The notes beneath the pieces are model-generated. The model was not told the origin of the DNA, did not search any database, and saw only the letters and a program-made list of their open reading frames with translations. 40,007 nt of DNA from Craspedostauros australis (taxonomy: Eukaryota), in assembly GCA_030167865.1 (NCBI GenBank), contig JALAGF010006637.1:62001-102007 (forward strand), in the 5' to 3' direction. Positions 1 to 10,504 of this stretch are shown here, in pieces. Position numbers and translations under genes: made by a program. Numbering within the stretch: the stretch's first letter is position 1; every line of letters begins with the position of its first letter.

Positions 1-358
1 TTCGTTGGCCGAGGAGTGCAGCACGTACTGGTCCGAAATCCGCGAATTCCGCTACGACTGGCAGGTGCAACGCAACGAGGCGTTGGCCTTGTGCCGTCTC
101 ACCAAGACGGACGCGCTCGAATGCTACGACAAGTGGCTGAATCCATACAAGGTGACGACAAGCGACGTAGCACCGGCCGAACCCAACCCGCTGCGCAGAT
201 CGTTGTTCGTGCAAGTGATCGGCGCCAACGACGAGGGTGACGCCGCGGAGGGACGGCCGGAAGTGCCAGATGGAATCCCTGTTGGTGAACACATCAATGA
301 GATGGTGCGTGATTTGCGTGCCAAGATCGGAGATCAAACATGGGGGACAATCTACTGA
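1..358 (+). CDS. 3' end of an M16A metallopeptidase (insulysin/nardilysin-like); runs off the left edge of the window
   Basis: The frame starting at nt 2 reads SLAEECSTYWSEIREFRYDWQVQRNEALALCRLTKTDALECYDKWLNP...RRSLFVQVIG. This matches the C-terminal pattern of insulin-degrading enzyme (L..E...YW.EI....Y.F.....E...L..LTK.D....Y...L......R..L.V.V). Stop TGA at 356-358. Confidence 0.75.
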   Translation, partial: SLAEECSTYWSEIREFRYDWQVQRNEALALCRLTKTDALECYDKWLNPYKVTTSDVAPAEPNPLRRSLFVQVIGANDEGDAAEGRPEVPDGIPVGEHINEMVRDLRAKIGDQTWGTIY

Positions 359-1197
359 GCGATCTGCCGAGTGGCGCTAAACGTAAACGCAATGTTTCCA
401 TCTGTCATGACAGCAGTTGATGGCGCCGAAACTATGGACGCACAGTCTTGGTCCTTCACGAATGGGACTTTTGTTGTCTCACTAGTGACCACATTGTGTC
501 ATGGTGAATGTGCGCAATGCTGACTGATGGTGTTGGTGGCCCACGCTGCTGCTGCTCCTGCTGCCGTCGTTGTGGCTTCCACTGCCAAAGTCTTGTGTTC
601 ATCGTTCTTGTTCCTGTCTTTCTGTCATTTGGAGATACGGGAAGCACAGCGGCATTTTGTGGAGGGAACAAGGTGTGTGTGGAGAATGCAGAAAATTGGT
701 GTCTGGGGAATGGACAGAACGCGTTGGTTCACAGTCATCAATAAGAATTTATCAACGACACAATATTCGCTATAATGGGTGAATATAAAGTATGTTCACT
801 TGTCCTTCACCATGTGAATCACTTATGAAGTACGACATGGGAAAGGGACATCTGGAAGGTTTCAGTCGCGGAAGCGCTCCAGATCCCGAATTTGTCTTCG
901 GAAACGCGACGACGACATCGCGCGAAGCTCGGTGATGTCTTTGCGCCCATGTTTGGTTTGTCGTGTTGTTGATTGGGTGTGTTGTTGGTGCCAACCACGA
1001 AAGATGGTGCCTCGGCAGTGTTCGGAGCTGTTACTCCACTCCACTCCACCACAGAGGTCTCTGAAGGAGCCAAGCACGCCAAGACGACGCAGGCAAGAAA
1101 GGCAGAAGAAAACCTCGCTTCACTCCACTCCGCTTCGTTGCTCCATTTCGTACATCGCGCCACACGTTTCTCTGCAGGGCATTCGTTGATTTGAGCA

Positions 1198-1216
1198 AGA
1201 GAGAGAGAGAGAGAGA
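1198..1216. repeat. (GA)n microsatellite upstream of the 1665 gene
   Basis: Visible agagagagagagagagaga run. Confidence 0.85.
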
Positions 1217-1664
1217 ATTGGATGAAACAACGATCACGGAGTGCTATTATACTGTGCTAATAGTTCCAAGACCATTGACTCAACATACCCGCAGCGACAG
1301 CATCCAAAGAGGCTCCTCGCGAGAAGCCGAACCAAGAAGAATACAGCACAAGAGAGACAGAGAGAGCGCGCGAGCAAGAGAGTTTCTCCATTGGCAAGGT
1401 TCCGGCCGAATCTGATCATCTCTTGTGGAAACGCATCAGCCAGTCACTTGGTCGCAGGCGGCACTCTCGGTCAAGTCTGCTCTGCTCTGGTCTCGTTGGC
1501 TGCTCTTCATTGACACTTGCAGCGAGAGCGACTCCAACCTGAAAGCAGAGGCGTGGACTTGTGGAAGTGCATCCGGAAGAGCACCATTGAGCACCATTCC
1601 ACTCCGGCCGGCCATCCAACGAGACACCATACAACTGACAACCAAGCGGAACACCATTCGCACC

Positions 1665-4334
1665 ATGCCAAAGTCAAAGTCCAAAGACAGAGACCAACGC
1701 AAGCACGGCCATGGGCATCATGAGGATCCAGAACAGCAGCACGTTCATGAGCGCAGATCACGATCGTCTTCGCCCAAGCGCATGCATAGCCGAACATCGA
1801 CGTCGTCATCAGCATCCACACCGATGAAGTTCGTGTCTCCCTTGGTGGCGCCCATCATGAGAGGCGTCCGACGGATCCGAAGCGGCAGTCTGGGACCCAG
1901 CAAGTCGAGAAAGAACAAAGCCAAGCAACGATCGTCGTCCATAGACGAATCGAACCTTGCTTCTTCGGAGCCTGATGGAAGTCCATCACAAGAGACTTCC
2001 GATATTCATCATGAACAGCATCATGAACAGCATCATGAGCAACAACAGGACCAGCATGATCGACAGAACGAACGACAGAACGAACGACAACACGAACGAA
2101 AACCCTTGAAGCGGAGCCAATCGAGGAGAGAACGTGGTTCCGTACAAAGGCGCCATTCCTCGGGCGAGAGTCGTGACGAACAGAAGAGCGATCAAAATGT
2201 TGAGCAGCACATGCTGACACCTTCGACGGTGGCGTCTGCATCATCTCGAACACGATCATCGTCACGGCGTCGCCTGAAACAGCGGAATCAGAACAGAGGC
2301 GCTCAACAACAACAACAACAACAACAACAAAATGAACAGCAGCCGCAGCATAATGGTGCCGATGCAACCTCGACGAACAAGCAGACCGAACGGTTGGAAC
2401 GTCTCATGGATGATCTGCAATCATCGCACTTGAACCAGGCCAGTCTTGATCATGTCGCGGAGCTGAAGCATTCGATTCGGGAAATGAGGCAAACCAGCCG
2501 CAAGGTGTCATTCACAGGTCCCAGGAGGAGAGAGCGGAGGGATCCAACGACTGACCGACCATCATCGGCATCATCCCTTGGCCGTGCTCCACGATCTCTA
2601 TCGCCCCTGCCGCGCAAGCACGACGGGGATGGCGAACGAATGTCTTCGTTGAAGCAGCTGCAGGCGATGCATTCAACGGGCAGTGGAGATCGGTCGCGAG
2701 GAAGGCGGCCCAATGGCAGACCATCGATCGAGGGATCCGTCTACTCAAGCGACAGGTCGTTGATGCGCAACAGTTACCACGGTCCCAGAGCATCCAGATC
2801 GTCGTCGGTCAGCTCATCGAGTGACCAGCACGACCTTGATCGGGAATCGCTGTCCGGTGGTGGTCGCCGTCGCCGCAGCAGCGTGGGAGCGCAGAGTCGC
2901 TCCGGCAGCATCGCCAGCAACGCTCACAGCTACGTCTCGGCAAGCAGCAGTCGTCAAAGCAAGGACGACAAGCCGCGAAGGCAAGTATCAAACCTCAACC
3001 TTCCAAAGTCGCCAGGACGCATCGGTGGCCTCACCTTGGAGGATCTGGATTTGTCATTCGTCTTTCACAACGACGGTCCGCAAACGCCCGCCGAGGCCCA
3101 CAGGCAATTCGTATCACCGTTATCGCATTCAGCGGAAGCGCCCATGTCCGCATCATCGAAGCACAGGAATGCCGTCGGATATGGCAAAGGCGATCGCAAT
3201 TTGCAAAGCAAGGTGAAGAAGACAAAGAAGGTGCTGAAACGGACGTTGAAGGCGATTGACGCGGACAAGGCGGCGATCGTTGAGCTACAACGCGGCAACT
3301 GGTCCATCCGCAAGCAGCTCTATCAACAGGCATCGCAGCTGGAATACAAGCCCACCATCGGCGGTCTGGACACGAAAGGCTTGGCGGACTACGGCACAAC
3401 GATGGGGGGAAACGATCTTGCAGGAACGAATGCAGCAGCAACGGCCATGCATGGTACCAACGATCTGGGATCAGCGTCAGCGTCGGCAACTTCCATTACG
3501 GCCCTCACGTTGCACATGGAACGATGTTTGCGACAGCACCAAATGATCACCGACGATCTCGATAGCAGCTACGACAGAAAATTCCGGTTGGAAGAGGAGA
3601 GGGCGACGACCGCGCAGGCCATACAGCAGGTGCAAACATGGTTGCAGGCATTGCAAGAACAGGTCGTGCCATTGCTGCCGACAGACCGGCCGGACTCGCC
3701 CATCACGCTGTTGGCGCAGAGGCAACGCGAAAGGGAACGGATCCGGCAGGGTGCCATGAGCACGGGGGACCATGGGACGGATGATGCCAGATCGATGGCA
3801 ACATCTGACAGCAACGAACGCAGTTCCAACAATCGCAGACACCCAAGGCCATCCAAAACCACTGAGATTGCAGAAGACACGGTCGGCGAGTTAAGCGGAA
3901 TCGGGAAGGATGGACAATCACATGTCGACATGGATGTTGCAGAACCTGGAGAAGAAGCCTGGACTCCCATGATGAAGTACAGCAATCCGTTGGACAAGCT
4001 GCACGGTAGCGGCACGACAACTGCGACATCCACATCCGTGACGCAAACTCCGACGCAGACCCCCACGGCAACACCGTCCAGTGTGCCCCAGTCCTTCGCG
4101 ACCGACGGATTGCTGATGCTGCACGACAGACGCAGACAAAACATCGCAGCATACCTCGAAAACAACAACAACGATGAAGATGATTCCATCGATTCGACCG
4201 CGGCTGACGAGGCCGATGAGATGATCTCCTACTTTCCTTCGCCGTCCATCCAACCGAAGCAACAGCATCCGAATCGTCTGAGGCAGCATGAACCGACGCA
4301 TTCATCATCGTTCGCACCGCGTGTGAATGGTTGA
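1665..4334 (+). CDS. Hypothetical intrinsically disordered Ser/Arg/Gln-rich protein with a C-proximal coiled-coil (~889 aa)
   Basis: Open frame 1425-4334; the first ATG in a good context (caccATGcca) is at 1665. Contains HHEQ and QNER repeats, poly-Q, S/R-rich tracts and a heptad-like region at about 3200-3680. No recognisable globular family. Confidence 0.75.
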   Translation: MPKSKSKDRDQRKHGHGHHEDPEQQHVHERRSRSSSPKRMHSRTSTSSSASTPMKFVSPLVAPIMRGVRRIRSGSLGPSKSRKNKAKQRSSSIDESNLASSEPDGSPSQETSDIHHEQHHEQHHEQQQDQHDRQNERQNERQHERKPLKRSQSRRERGSVQRRHSSGESRDEQKSDQNVEQHMLTPSTVASASSRTRSSSRRRLKQRNQNRGAQQQQQQQQQNEQQPQHNGADATSTNKQTERLERLMDDLQSSHLNQASLDHVAELKHSIREMRQTSRKVSFTGPRRRERRDPTTDRPSSASSLGRAPRSLSPLPRKHDGDGERMSSLKQLQAMHSTGSGDRSRGRRPNGRPSIEGSVYSSDRSLMRNSYHGPRASRSSSVSSSSDQHDLDRESLSGGGRRRRSSVGAQSRSGSIASNAHSYVSASSSRQSKDDKPRRQVSNLNLPKSPGRIGGLTLEDLDLSFVFHNDGPQTPAEAHRQFVSPLSHSAEAPMSASSKHRNAVGYGKGDRNLQSKVKKTKKVLKRTLKAIDADKAAIVELQRGNWSIRKQLYQQASQLEYKPTIGGLDTKGLADYGTTMGGNDLAGTNAAATAMHGTNDLGSASASATSITALTLHMERCLRQHQMITDDLDSSYDRKFRLEEERATTAQAIQQVQTWLQALQEQVVPLLPTDRPDSPITLLAQRQRERERIRQGAMSTGDHGTDDARSMATSDSNERSSNNRRHPRPSKTTEIAEDTVGELSGIGKDGQSHVDMDVAEPGEEAWTPMMKYSNPLDKLHGSGTTTATSTSVTQTPTQTPTATPSSVPQSFATDGLLMLHDRRRQNIAAYLENNNNDEDDSIDSTAADEADEMISYFPSPSIQPKQQHPNRLRQHEPTHSSSFAPRVNG

Positions 4335-5953
4335 TGGGTGCGTGCGAGTACGCTTGCTGTGATCATTGGGATCGGTGCGGTGCAGCTTCCACCACAAGCA
4401 AGTTGCTCCATCTCTGGGGAGTGGGGTACAGGAGGATGTGAAGGGAGGACAAACGTAACCACAGAACAGCAGGCAGGTGGGTGACCAAGAGAGTCGGATC
4501 AAAATGACCTTGTTCTCTCTCTCGATGCCGGCAGCAACGCATCATCCATTCACCGCCGCATGCTACGCACCATCATGGGATGAATGGGATGGTGGAGGAG
4601 ATTTTAAATCTCACGCTTGCTGGGAGCGTCGCCTTGGACACCTACTTGAAACCGTGGTGGAAGTGTCGTATGGCTCGCCAGAGCTAAGAGTACTTGTGGA
4701 GGAGTTGTATGTAGTTGCTGCATCGGATGTTTTCGACGGCAGGAGTACGACTATTAGTCCTATTCGTGCAGAGGAGACAACACCTCCCCCCAGGATCAAT
4801 CTGTTGATCTTGTTTTGACCTCACCTCTCTACCAATAGCAACATGATAGGGTTCATACTCGCACACGTTCGTGCAGAGTCGTCTGATAGAACTGAGATTC
4901 ATAGTCATGACCCATCCCAGCGCTCTGCGCTACCGCGCCGCAACATGGCTTTCCTTGGGAGATGGTCCAGTCACCAGAGAAGTGGTGCAACTACGAGTAC
5001 AAGTTGCGAGCACTCTGCGAGAGTTCGCGGGGGAGAGACAAAGAAGCCCGCCTGTGCAGGTTCCCGTGAGTTCCATCCAACCTTCGCGAGGGGCTTTGTT
5101 CGTACTCTTTGCACCTGAAGTGACCCGAAAGCTTCTCCACAGACACTCGTTGCGGGATCTCGACTGCGTGAGGTCCCGGAAGAGAGAGAGAGAGAAGGCA
5201 TCGCGTTTTCGCTGTTGGATACGGCGCAGAAGCGATGTTGAAGGATTTCAGAGAATAGACTTAGTTAGCCCCTTTCGTCCGTCCCAAGGGTCATTGTGAA
5301 TTTTAGAAATGCCACGCACAACACACAAGGAATAGATTTTCTGGGTGGTTCGGATGACAACAGAACGCAACACACACACACATGCAGACACAACACACAC
5401 GGTGCTCTCTTCTCTTCTCTGCGATCGAACAGCCCGTCAGCACAATCGCACATCTCCCGCACCAGTGTGACAGCAGCTGCGCTCCGTGTCAACATCTCAC
5501 GACACCTTCTCCAAACGGAACAACCACCAACAAAGCAGAGAGGACGGAGAGAGGACACTTGAGCAAGCACACAATCACAAAATTCGCCTCGCGTCCAACA
5601 GCAAAGGACGAAGGTGACGACGGCAAGAGAGCAACGACCAAGGAGAGAGACAGAGCAAGAAGACTGCAGCAGACGGAGCCTCCCTGTTGATTGTCACGGC
5701 GATCCATTGTCGTGTCAGAACCAACAATCGCAACTGCATCCATTGTGACCGCAGCCAAAGAACCCGCGCACCTTCGCAAGCAACCGGCTTGACACCAAGA
5801 GGTCATTTTCCAGCGCTCTGCGGTATTGCTCGAGCAGGGCATTCGGCTTTGTTCACAACCACTCAAAGTGCACCAAGGGACACAAAACCAACAATCGCAG
5901 TAGCAGCAGCAGCAGCAGCAGTAGCAAGAAGCAAGTAGAACAAGCAAGTAACC

Positions 5954-8900
5954 ATGGATAGCGAGGCGTACATCAACCAAGAGGGCCAGACCCTCTCCGG
6001 CGAAGAGCTCGAGGCGTACTGCAAAAAGAACGGGCTGTGCAACTTGTGCGCAAAGACCAGAACCCACAAGCGCCAATTCAAGCTGCTGAAGAAGAACAAG
6101 TGGCAGCCGCTGACTGTGAAGGACACCGACGGCGGCCACATCGTCTACAAGGGCTACTGCGTGCTCCCAGGATGCTTCTCCATCGACCAGGCCAAGCGCC
6201 TGCTCGGTGAGCTCAGCGGCGATGCCGGAGCAGCCGGGGGCGCTGGCCAGGAGCAGCCCAAGCGCAAGCGGTTCCGCGACCGCCTCAAGAGCAACGGCCG
6301 CAACGACAAGTCGGCGGGCACGTCCGCCACCAACGGCTCCATGAACGGCGGCGGGTACGGCGCTGCGGGCACCTCGTACAACAACAACAACACCGGCAGC
6401 AGCAACGGCGCCGCCAACAAGAACCGCCTCAACAACTACAGCTCCAACAACTCCGCCGCCAGCACGGTCTCCAGCAGCAGCATCTCCTCCGGCCACAAAA
6501 ACTCATCCGGGAGCTCCGTGGCCTCCGCTGGTCCCATCCGCATCAGCGACGACGACGTCTCCGTCGGCTCCACCCTCACCACCAAGTCCTCCGTGCGCCG
6601 CGGACTCCAGGAGCTCCTCGGAGAGAACGCGGGAACCATCCTCGACCTCTCCTCCACCAAATTGCACCACGTGCATCTCACCGAGCTCGTGGCCTCCTTC
6701 GGCGTCGCCCGCACGCTCACCACCCTCATCCTCGAGAACTGCAAGCTCAATGACAACGAGGTCGAGATCGTGGCCAACGGCCTCCTAGAGGCTTCGCACG
6801 TCCCCCTCGAGCGCTTCTCCCTCCGATCCAACGTCATCGGAAACCGCGGGGCCACCTCCCTCTACCCCTGGCTGCTCAAGAACGGCACCCTGCAGGAGCT
6901 CGACATGTCCAAGAACTCCATCGGCAGCCGCGGCGCCAACAAGATCATCACGGCCTTCCGTGACAACCCAAACGTCAAGATCCGCCTCATCAACTTCGCC
7001 CACAACGAAATCTGGGACGCCGACGACGGCCAATTCTTCGCCTCCAACGCCACCCTCAAGATCCTCAATCTAGAGGGAAACTTCGTTCACGACGAAGGAG
7101 TCGAGGCCATCGCGGAGGGCATCGCCTCCAACGAATCCTGCGCGCTCGAGGGGCTCTTCCTCGGATGGAACGGCGTCGGAGACGAGGGCACCACGGCCCT
7201 GGCACAGATGCTCCGCAGCAACAACTCCCTCATCTCCCTCGGCCTGGGAGAGAACGACATCACCAGCGCCGGGGCACGCGAGCTCCTCTCCGCCCTCTCC
7301 GACAACAAGACGCTGCGCGAAATCACCGGCCTCTACCACAACCTCATCGACCGCAAGTTCATCGTCGTGGCCATCAAGCGCCTGCTGCAGACGCACATGG
7401 AGGAGGCCATGGGACATGCCGGCGCCCCGCTCGCTGGCATCCTCGAGGAGTCCATCAACACCGAGGAGCCGCTCCTGGAGCCGGTCAAGGATGATCTCGG
7501 CGCACCGACCGAGGTCGCATCGGGAGCCTTGGTCTGGGAGGACCGTCTCTACGCACCTTCCGACCAGATGAAGCCACCCATGATGGAGCTCAGCTTCGGA
7601 CCCAAGGGAGATCAGGCGCAGCAGTCGCAGGAACAGCACCCACCGGCTGCGCCAAACACCTCGGTCAACGTCGTGGATCCGAAGAACGTCCAGATGCCCG
7701 TCAAGGAAATTTACGAACCGCACCTCAATGGCCAAGCCCAGCAGCAGCCACAGGGTGGGTACCGCGCATCTACCGCGGCCGTCCCAGAGATGCCACACAA
7801 GCAGGCCACCCCGGAACCACCGCTGGCGCCACCGCAAACCAGCTTCGACCGCCTCACCGTCTTCCAATCGTCGCCCTTGGCCATTTTCGACAAGCGCACC
7901 GCCATGCACGTGGCTGTCCCATTGCAGGATACAGAGTACGAGACGCAGGTCATCCAGGAATCCGTCACGGACGCGCAGAAGATCGGAGCCTCCATCGAGG
8001 TGGCCGTCGAGACATCGACCGTCGACAATTTGCAAAACCTCTTCTCTCAGGGCACCACCAGCATCCTGCACCTCTCCTGCTACGGCGGCAACCCAGATGG
8101 CGACTCGCAGCGCTCCATCGTGCTCGAGAACGGATTCGGCGAGATCGCGCAGATCAAGATTTCGGACCTGTCGCGATTCGTCCAATCAGGCACCAACAGC
8201 GTCAAGCTGGTCTACATCTCCTCCTTCCATGCCCGGGAGCTCGGCGAAGCCTTCGTCGCAGCCGGCATCCCGCACGTAGTGTGCTGTCACCACGGAGAGA
8301 CCTTCCGCGACGCGGCGGCCACCGTGTTCTGTCGCACCTTCTACAGGACGTTGGCGCGCCACCAGAGCCTCAAGAAGGCTTTCCACATCGCGCAGGAGGC
8401 CGTGCGCGTCGAGGGCATCTCGAAGCAGGAGGATCGTTTCCGTCTTCTCCCCCAAACCGACGACGATGACCTCTACCACCACGTGCCCGTGTTCTACACG
8501 CAGCAGATCCCAGGCGAAGCAATGAACATCGACTTCAGTCAGCAGCTGTCGTTGGTGCCCAAGCTCCCACGCCACTTCATCGGCCGCGAGGTCGACGTGT
8601 ACGAGATCCTCGAGAGTCTCCGCGGAGACGACGTGGTCCGTGTCGGTGGAGCACCAGGCAGCGGCAAGACCTGCGTTTGCGCCGCCGTCTGCCGCTACGT
8701 CATCCAACGTCCCAACAGCTTCCCGTTCGACGAAGCCTTCTGGCTTCCGAACATCCCAAGCGTCAAACCCGATGAAGATTCCCTCTACGGTGACCTGTGC
8801 AAGCTGATGGACATGATGACCCAATCCACCGGCGATATCTGGGAGCAGGAAGAGCCCATGGAGTGCCGCGAGCGCGTCGAAATCGAACTCGAGGGACTCA

Positions 8901-10414
8901 GGCCCCTCATGGTCATTGACGGCCGCAAGTTCGAAACGGACGCTTCCAAGGACAACCTCGAGATCTTCCTCAGCAACCTCCTCAACGCCGATGAGACGCA
9001 GGTCAAGATCATCCTCATCACCAACGACGAGCCAAGCAATTCGGATGCTGCCAAGCTGGAGGAAGAGGATATCATCTTCCTGCACCCGCTCGACTTCAAG
9101 TCGTCGTCGTTGCTGTACGGAGAGATTTCCAGATTCATCACCCTCACCGGATGCCCAGCAGCGCAGACCCCACAAGAACTCGTGGACCTCATGCTGCCAC
9201 CATCCGTGGCCCGCCAAAAGGACCAGTACGAATTCTACTCGAGAAGACGCCGCGACCTGTACGCCCTCATGGGCAGCGGTAACCCAAGGGAGATCATCCG
9301 AGCTGGAGAGCAAATGCCTCCCCAGGAATTCATCGAGCTCATCACGATCGCCAACTACCCAGAATTCCAGGTGGAATCCTACGGTGGCTTGGAGAAGGAG
9401 GTCCGTCGGTGGACCTTCGAGCGTGAGCTGGCCATCCGCGCCAAGAATTACCTGCGCGCCATGGACATCGTCAAGCTCCTCGACGAGCTGGAGAGCCTAC
9501 GGTCGAAGTTTTCGTCCGTCGTGGACCTCGAGGCCCAGGAGGTGAAGCTGAAGGATGATTTCCGCAAGGCCATCGCCGCGCGAAAGTACGATGTCAGCAA
9601 CGCCCTCAAGAAGAAGATCCTGACCGTGAAGCGCCAGATCATGCAAGAGAAGCGCGCACGACCGGAGGAGGATGAATCCGTCACGGCGGACCGACTGAAG
9701 GAGTTCCAAAAGCAAATCGACATGATGATGGAAGCCGCCAAGCAGAGCCTCGACGATCTGACGGAGTCCGTCTCGGCATCCTTCACCTTGGGCACTGCCT
9801 ACCACAAGTGCTCCTTGAAGATCTACAACGGTTCCGTCGTCGACTTCAACCCAGAGCCGGACGTCGGCGCCATCGTCTGCTGGACGAACGAATGCTGCGA
9901 CATCACCATCGACGATTCGGGCAATCAGATCATCGAGCGCGGCGGGATCAACGTCGAAGCCGACATCGCGTCGCTGCCACCAATCACCAGCACGCAGTGG
10001 GGTGATGCGAAGTGCGGCACCGGTAACGCCGTCATCGTCGGACCTGGAAACTACGAGAACCTCCGCGTTCCCTGCGTCCTCCTCGCGGTCGGTCCGTTGC
10101 CGTCCTCGCGGAACATGGAATGCAAGCTCAACGATGAGGATCGTCTGCATTACATCGAGATCATGATGCGCTCGTGTATCCGATCGTCGTTGGTGCTGGC
10201 CAAGCACTCTCAGCTGCAGGCCATCGCCTATCCGACGCTCACAACGAAGGTTACCGGCGAGGCCTACGAGACGACGCTGCGGATGGGACTTAGGATCATC
10301 GCGGAAGAGGCCAAGTACTCCGACTTGTCTCACGTTCACGTCGTCGCAGCATCCGAGAATGAGGCCAAGATTTTGATCGACATCGCCCAGGATCTGGGGC
10401 TCAAGCAAGATTAA
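5954..10414 (+). CDS. NLR/STAND-like multidomain protein, paralogue 1: Cys module-LRR-CHAT(inactive)-NB-ARC-like NTPase-2xUVR-Macro (1486 aa)
   Basis: LRRs ([35 protein letters not shown]; ~6640-7390). CHAT-like ([35 protein letters not shown]; ~7850-8500). PRHFIGRE, Walker A GAPGSGKT (8648-8671), Walker B LMVIDG, sensor KIILIT. UVR-like [10 protein letters not shown] and [10 protein letters not shown]. Macro ([35 protein letters not shown]; ~9810-10411). Strong C/G third-position bias. Confidence 0.9.
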   Translation: MDSEAYINQEGQTLSGEELEAYCKKNGLCNLCAKTRTHKRQFKLLKKNKWQPLTVKDTDGGHIVYKGYCVLPGCFSIDQAKRLLGELSGDAGAAGGAGQEQPKRKRFRDRLKSNGRNDKSAGTSATNGSMNGGGYGAAGTSYNNNNTGSSNGAANKNRLNNYSSNNSAASTVSSSSISSGHKNSSGSSVASAGPIRISDDDVSVGSTLTTKSSVRRGLQELLGENAGTILDLSSTKLHHVHLTELVASFGVARTLTTLILENCKLNDNEVEIVANGLLEASHVPLERFSLRSNVIGNRGATSLYPWLLKNGTLQELDMSKNSIGSRGANKIITAFRDNPNVKIRLINFAHNEIWDADDGQFFASNATLKILNLEGNFVHDEGVEAIAEGIASNESCALEGLFLGWNGVGDEGTTALAQMLRSNNSLISLGLGENDITSAGARELLSALSDNKTLREITGLYHNLIDRKFIVVAIKRLLQTHMEEAMGHAGAPLAGILEESINTEEPLLEPVKDDLGAPTEVASGALVWEDRLYAPSDQMKPPMMELSFGPKGDQAQQSQEQHPPAAPNTSVNVVDPKNVQMPVKEIYEPHLNGQAQQQPQGGYRASTAAVPEMPHKQATPEPPLAPPQTSFDRLTVFQSSPLAIFDKRTAMHVAVPLQDTEYETQVIQESVTDAQKIGASIEVAVETSTVDNLQNLFSQGTTSILHLSCYGGNPDGDSQRSIVLENGFGEIAQIKISDLSRFVQSGTNSVKLVYISSFHARELGEAFVAAGIPHVVCCHHGETFRDAAATVFCRTFYRTLARHQSLKKAFHIAQEAVRVEGISKQEDRFRLLPQTDDDDLYHHVPVFYTQQIPGEAMNIDFSQQLSLVPKLPRHFIGREVDVYEILESLRGDDVVRVGGAPGSGKTCVCAAVCRYVIQRPNSFPFDEAFWLPNIPSVKPDEDSLYGDLCKLMDMMTQSTGDIWEQEEPMECRERVEIELEGLRPLMVIDGRKFETDASKDNLEIFLSNLLNADETQVKIILITNDEPSNSDAAKLEEEDIIFLHPLDFKSSSLLYGEISRFITLTGCPAAQTPQELVDLMLPPSVARQKDQYEFYSRRRRDLYALMGSGNPREIIRAGEQMPPQEFIELITIANYPEFQVESYGGLEKEVRRWTFERELAIRAKNYLRAMDIVKLLDELESLRSKFSSVVDLEAQEVKLKDDFRKAIAARKYDVSNALKKKILTVKRQIMQEKRARPEEDESVTADRLKEFQKQIDMMMEAAKQSLDDLTESVSASFTLGTAYHKCSLKIYNGSVVDFNPEPDVGAIVCWTNECCDITIDDSGNQIIERGGINVEADIASLPPITSTQWGDAKCGTGNAVIVGPGNYENLRVPCVLLAVGPLPSSRNMECKLNDEDRLHYIEIMMRSCIRSSLVLAKHSQLQAIAYPTLTTKVTGEAYETTLRMGLRIIAEEAKYSDLSHVHVVAASENEAKILIDIAQDLGLKQD

Positions 10415-10440
10415 GTTCGCACCGAGGATGGGCGAATCGA

Positions 10441-10504
10441 TGGACGCATGGATGGATGGACGCATGGATGGATGGACGCATGGATGGATGGACGCATGGA
10501 TGGA
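10441..10504. repeat. Minisatellite: 4 perfect copies of 16-bp TGGACGCATGGATGGA just 3' of paralogue 1
   Basis: Units at 10441, 10457, 10473 and 10489. Confidence 0.95.

Noticed and set aside
1425..1664. 80-aa N-terminal extension of the 969-aa ORF
   Set aside because: It begins at a non-ATG codon and looks like 5' leader sequence; the ATG at 1665 is preferred.
5489..10465. Long antisense ORFs over paralogue 1 (335, 371, 375 and 322 aa) and similar ones over paralogues 2 and 3
   Set aside because: Shadow ORFs caused by strong GC3 codon bias on the coding strand; no recognisable motifs.
10441..10504. Possible CRISPR-like or telomeric array
   Set aside because: Contiguous 16-bp units with no spacers in a eukaryotic context; an ordinary minisatellite.
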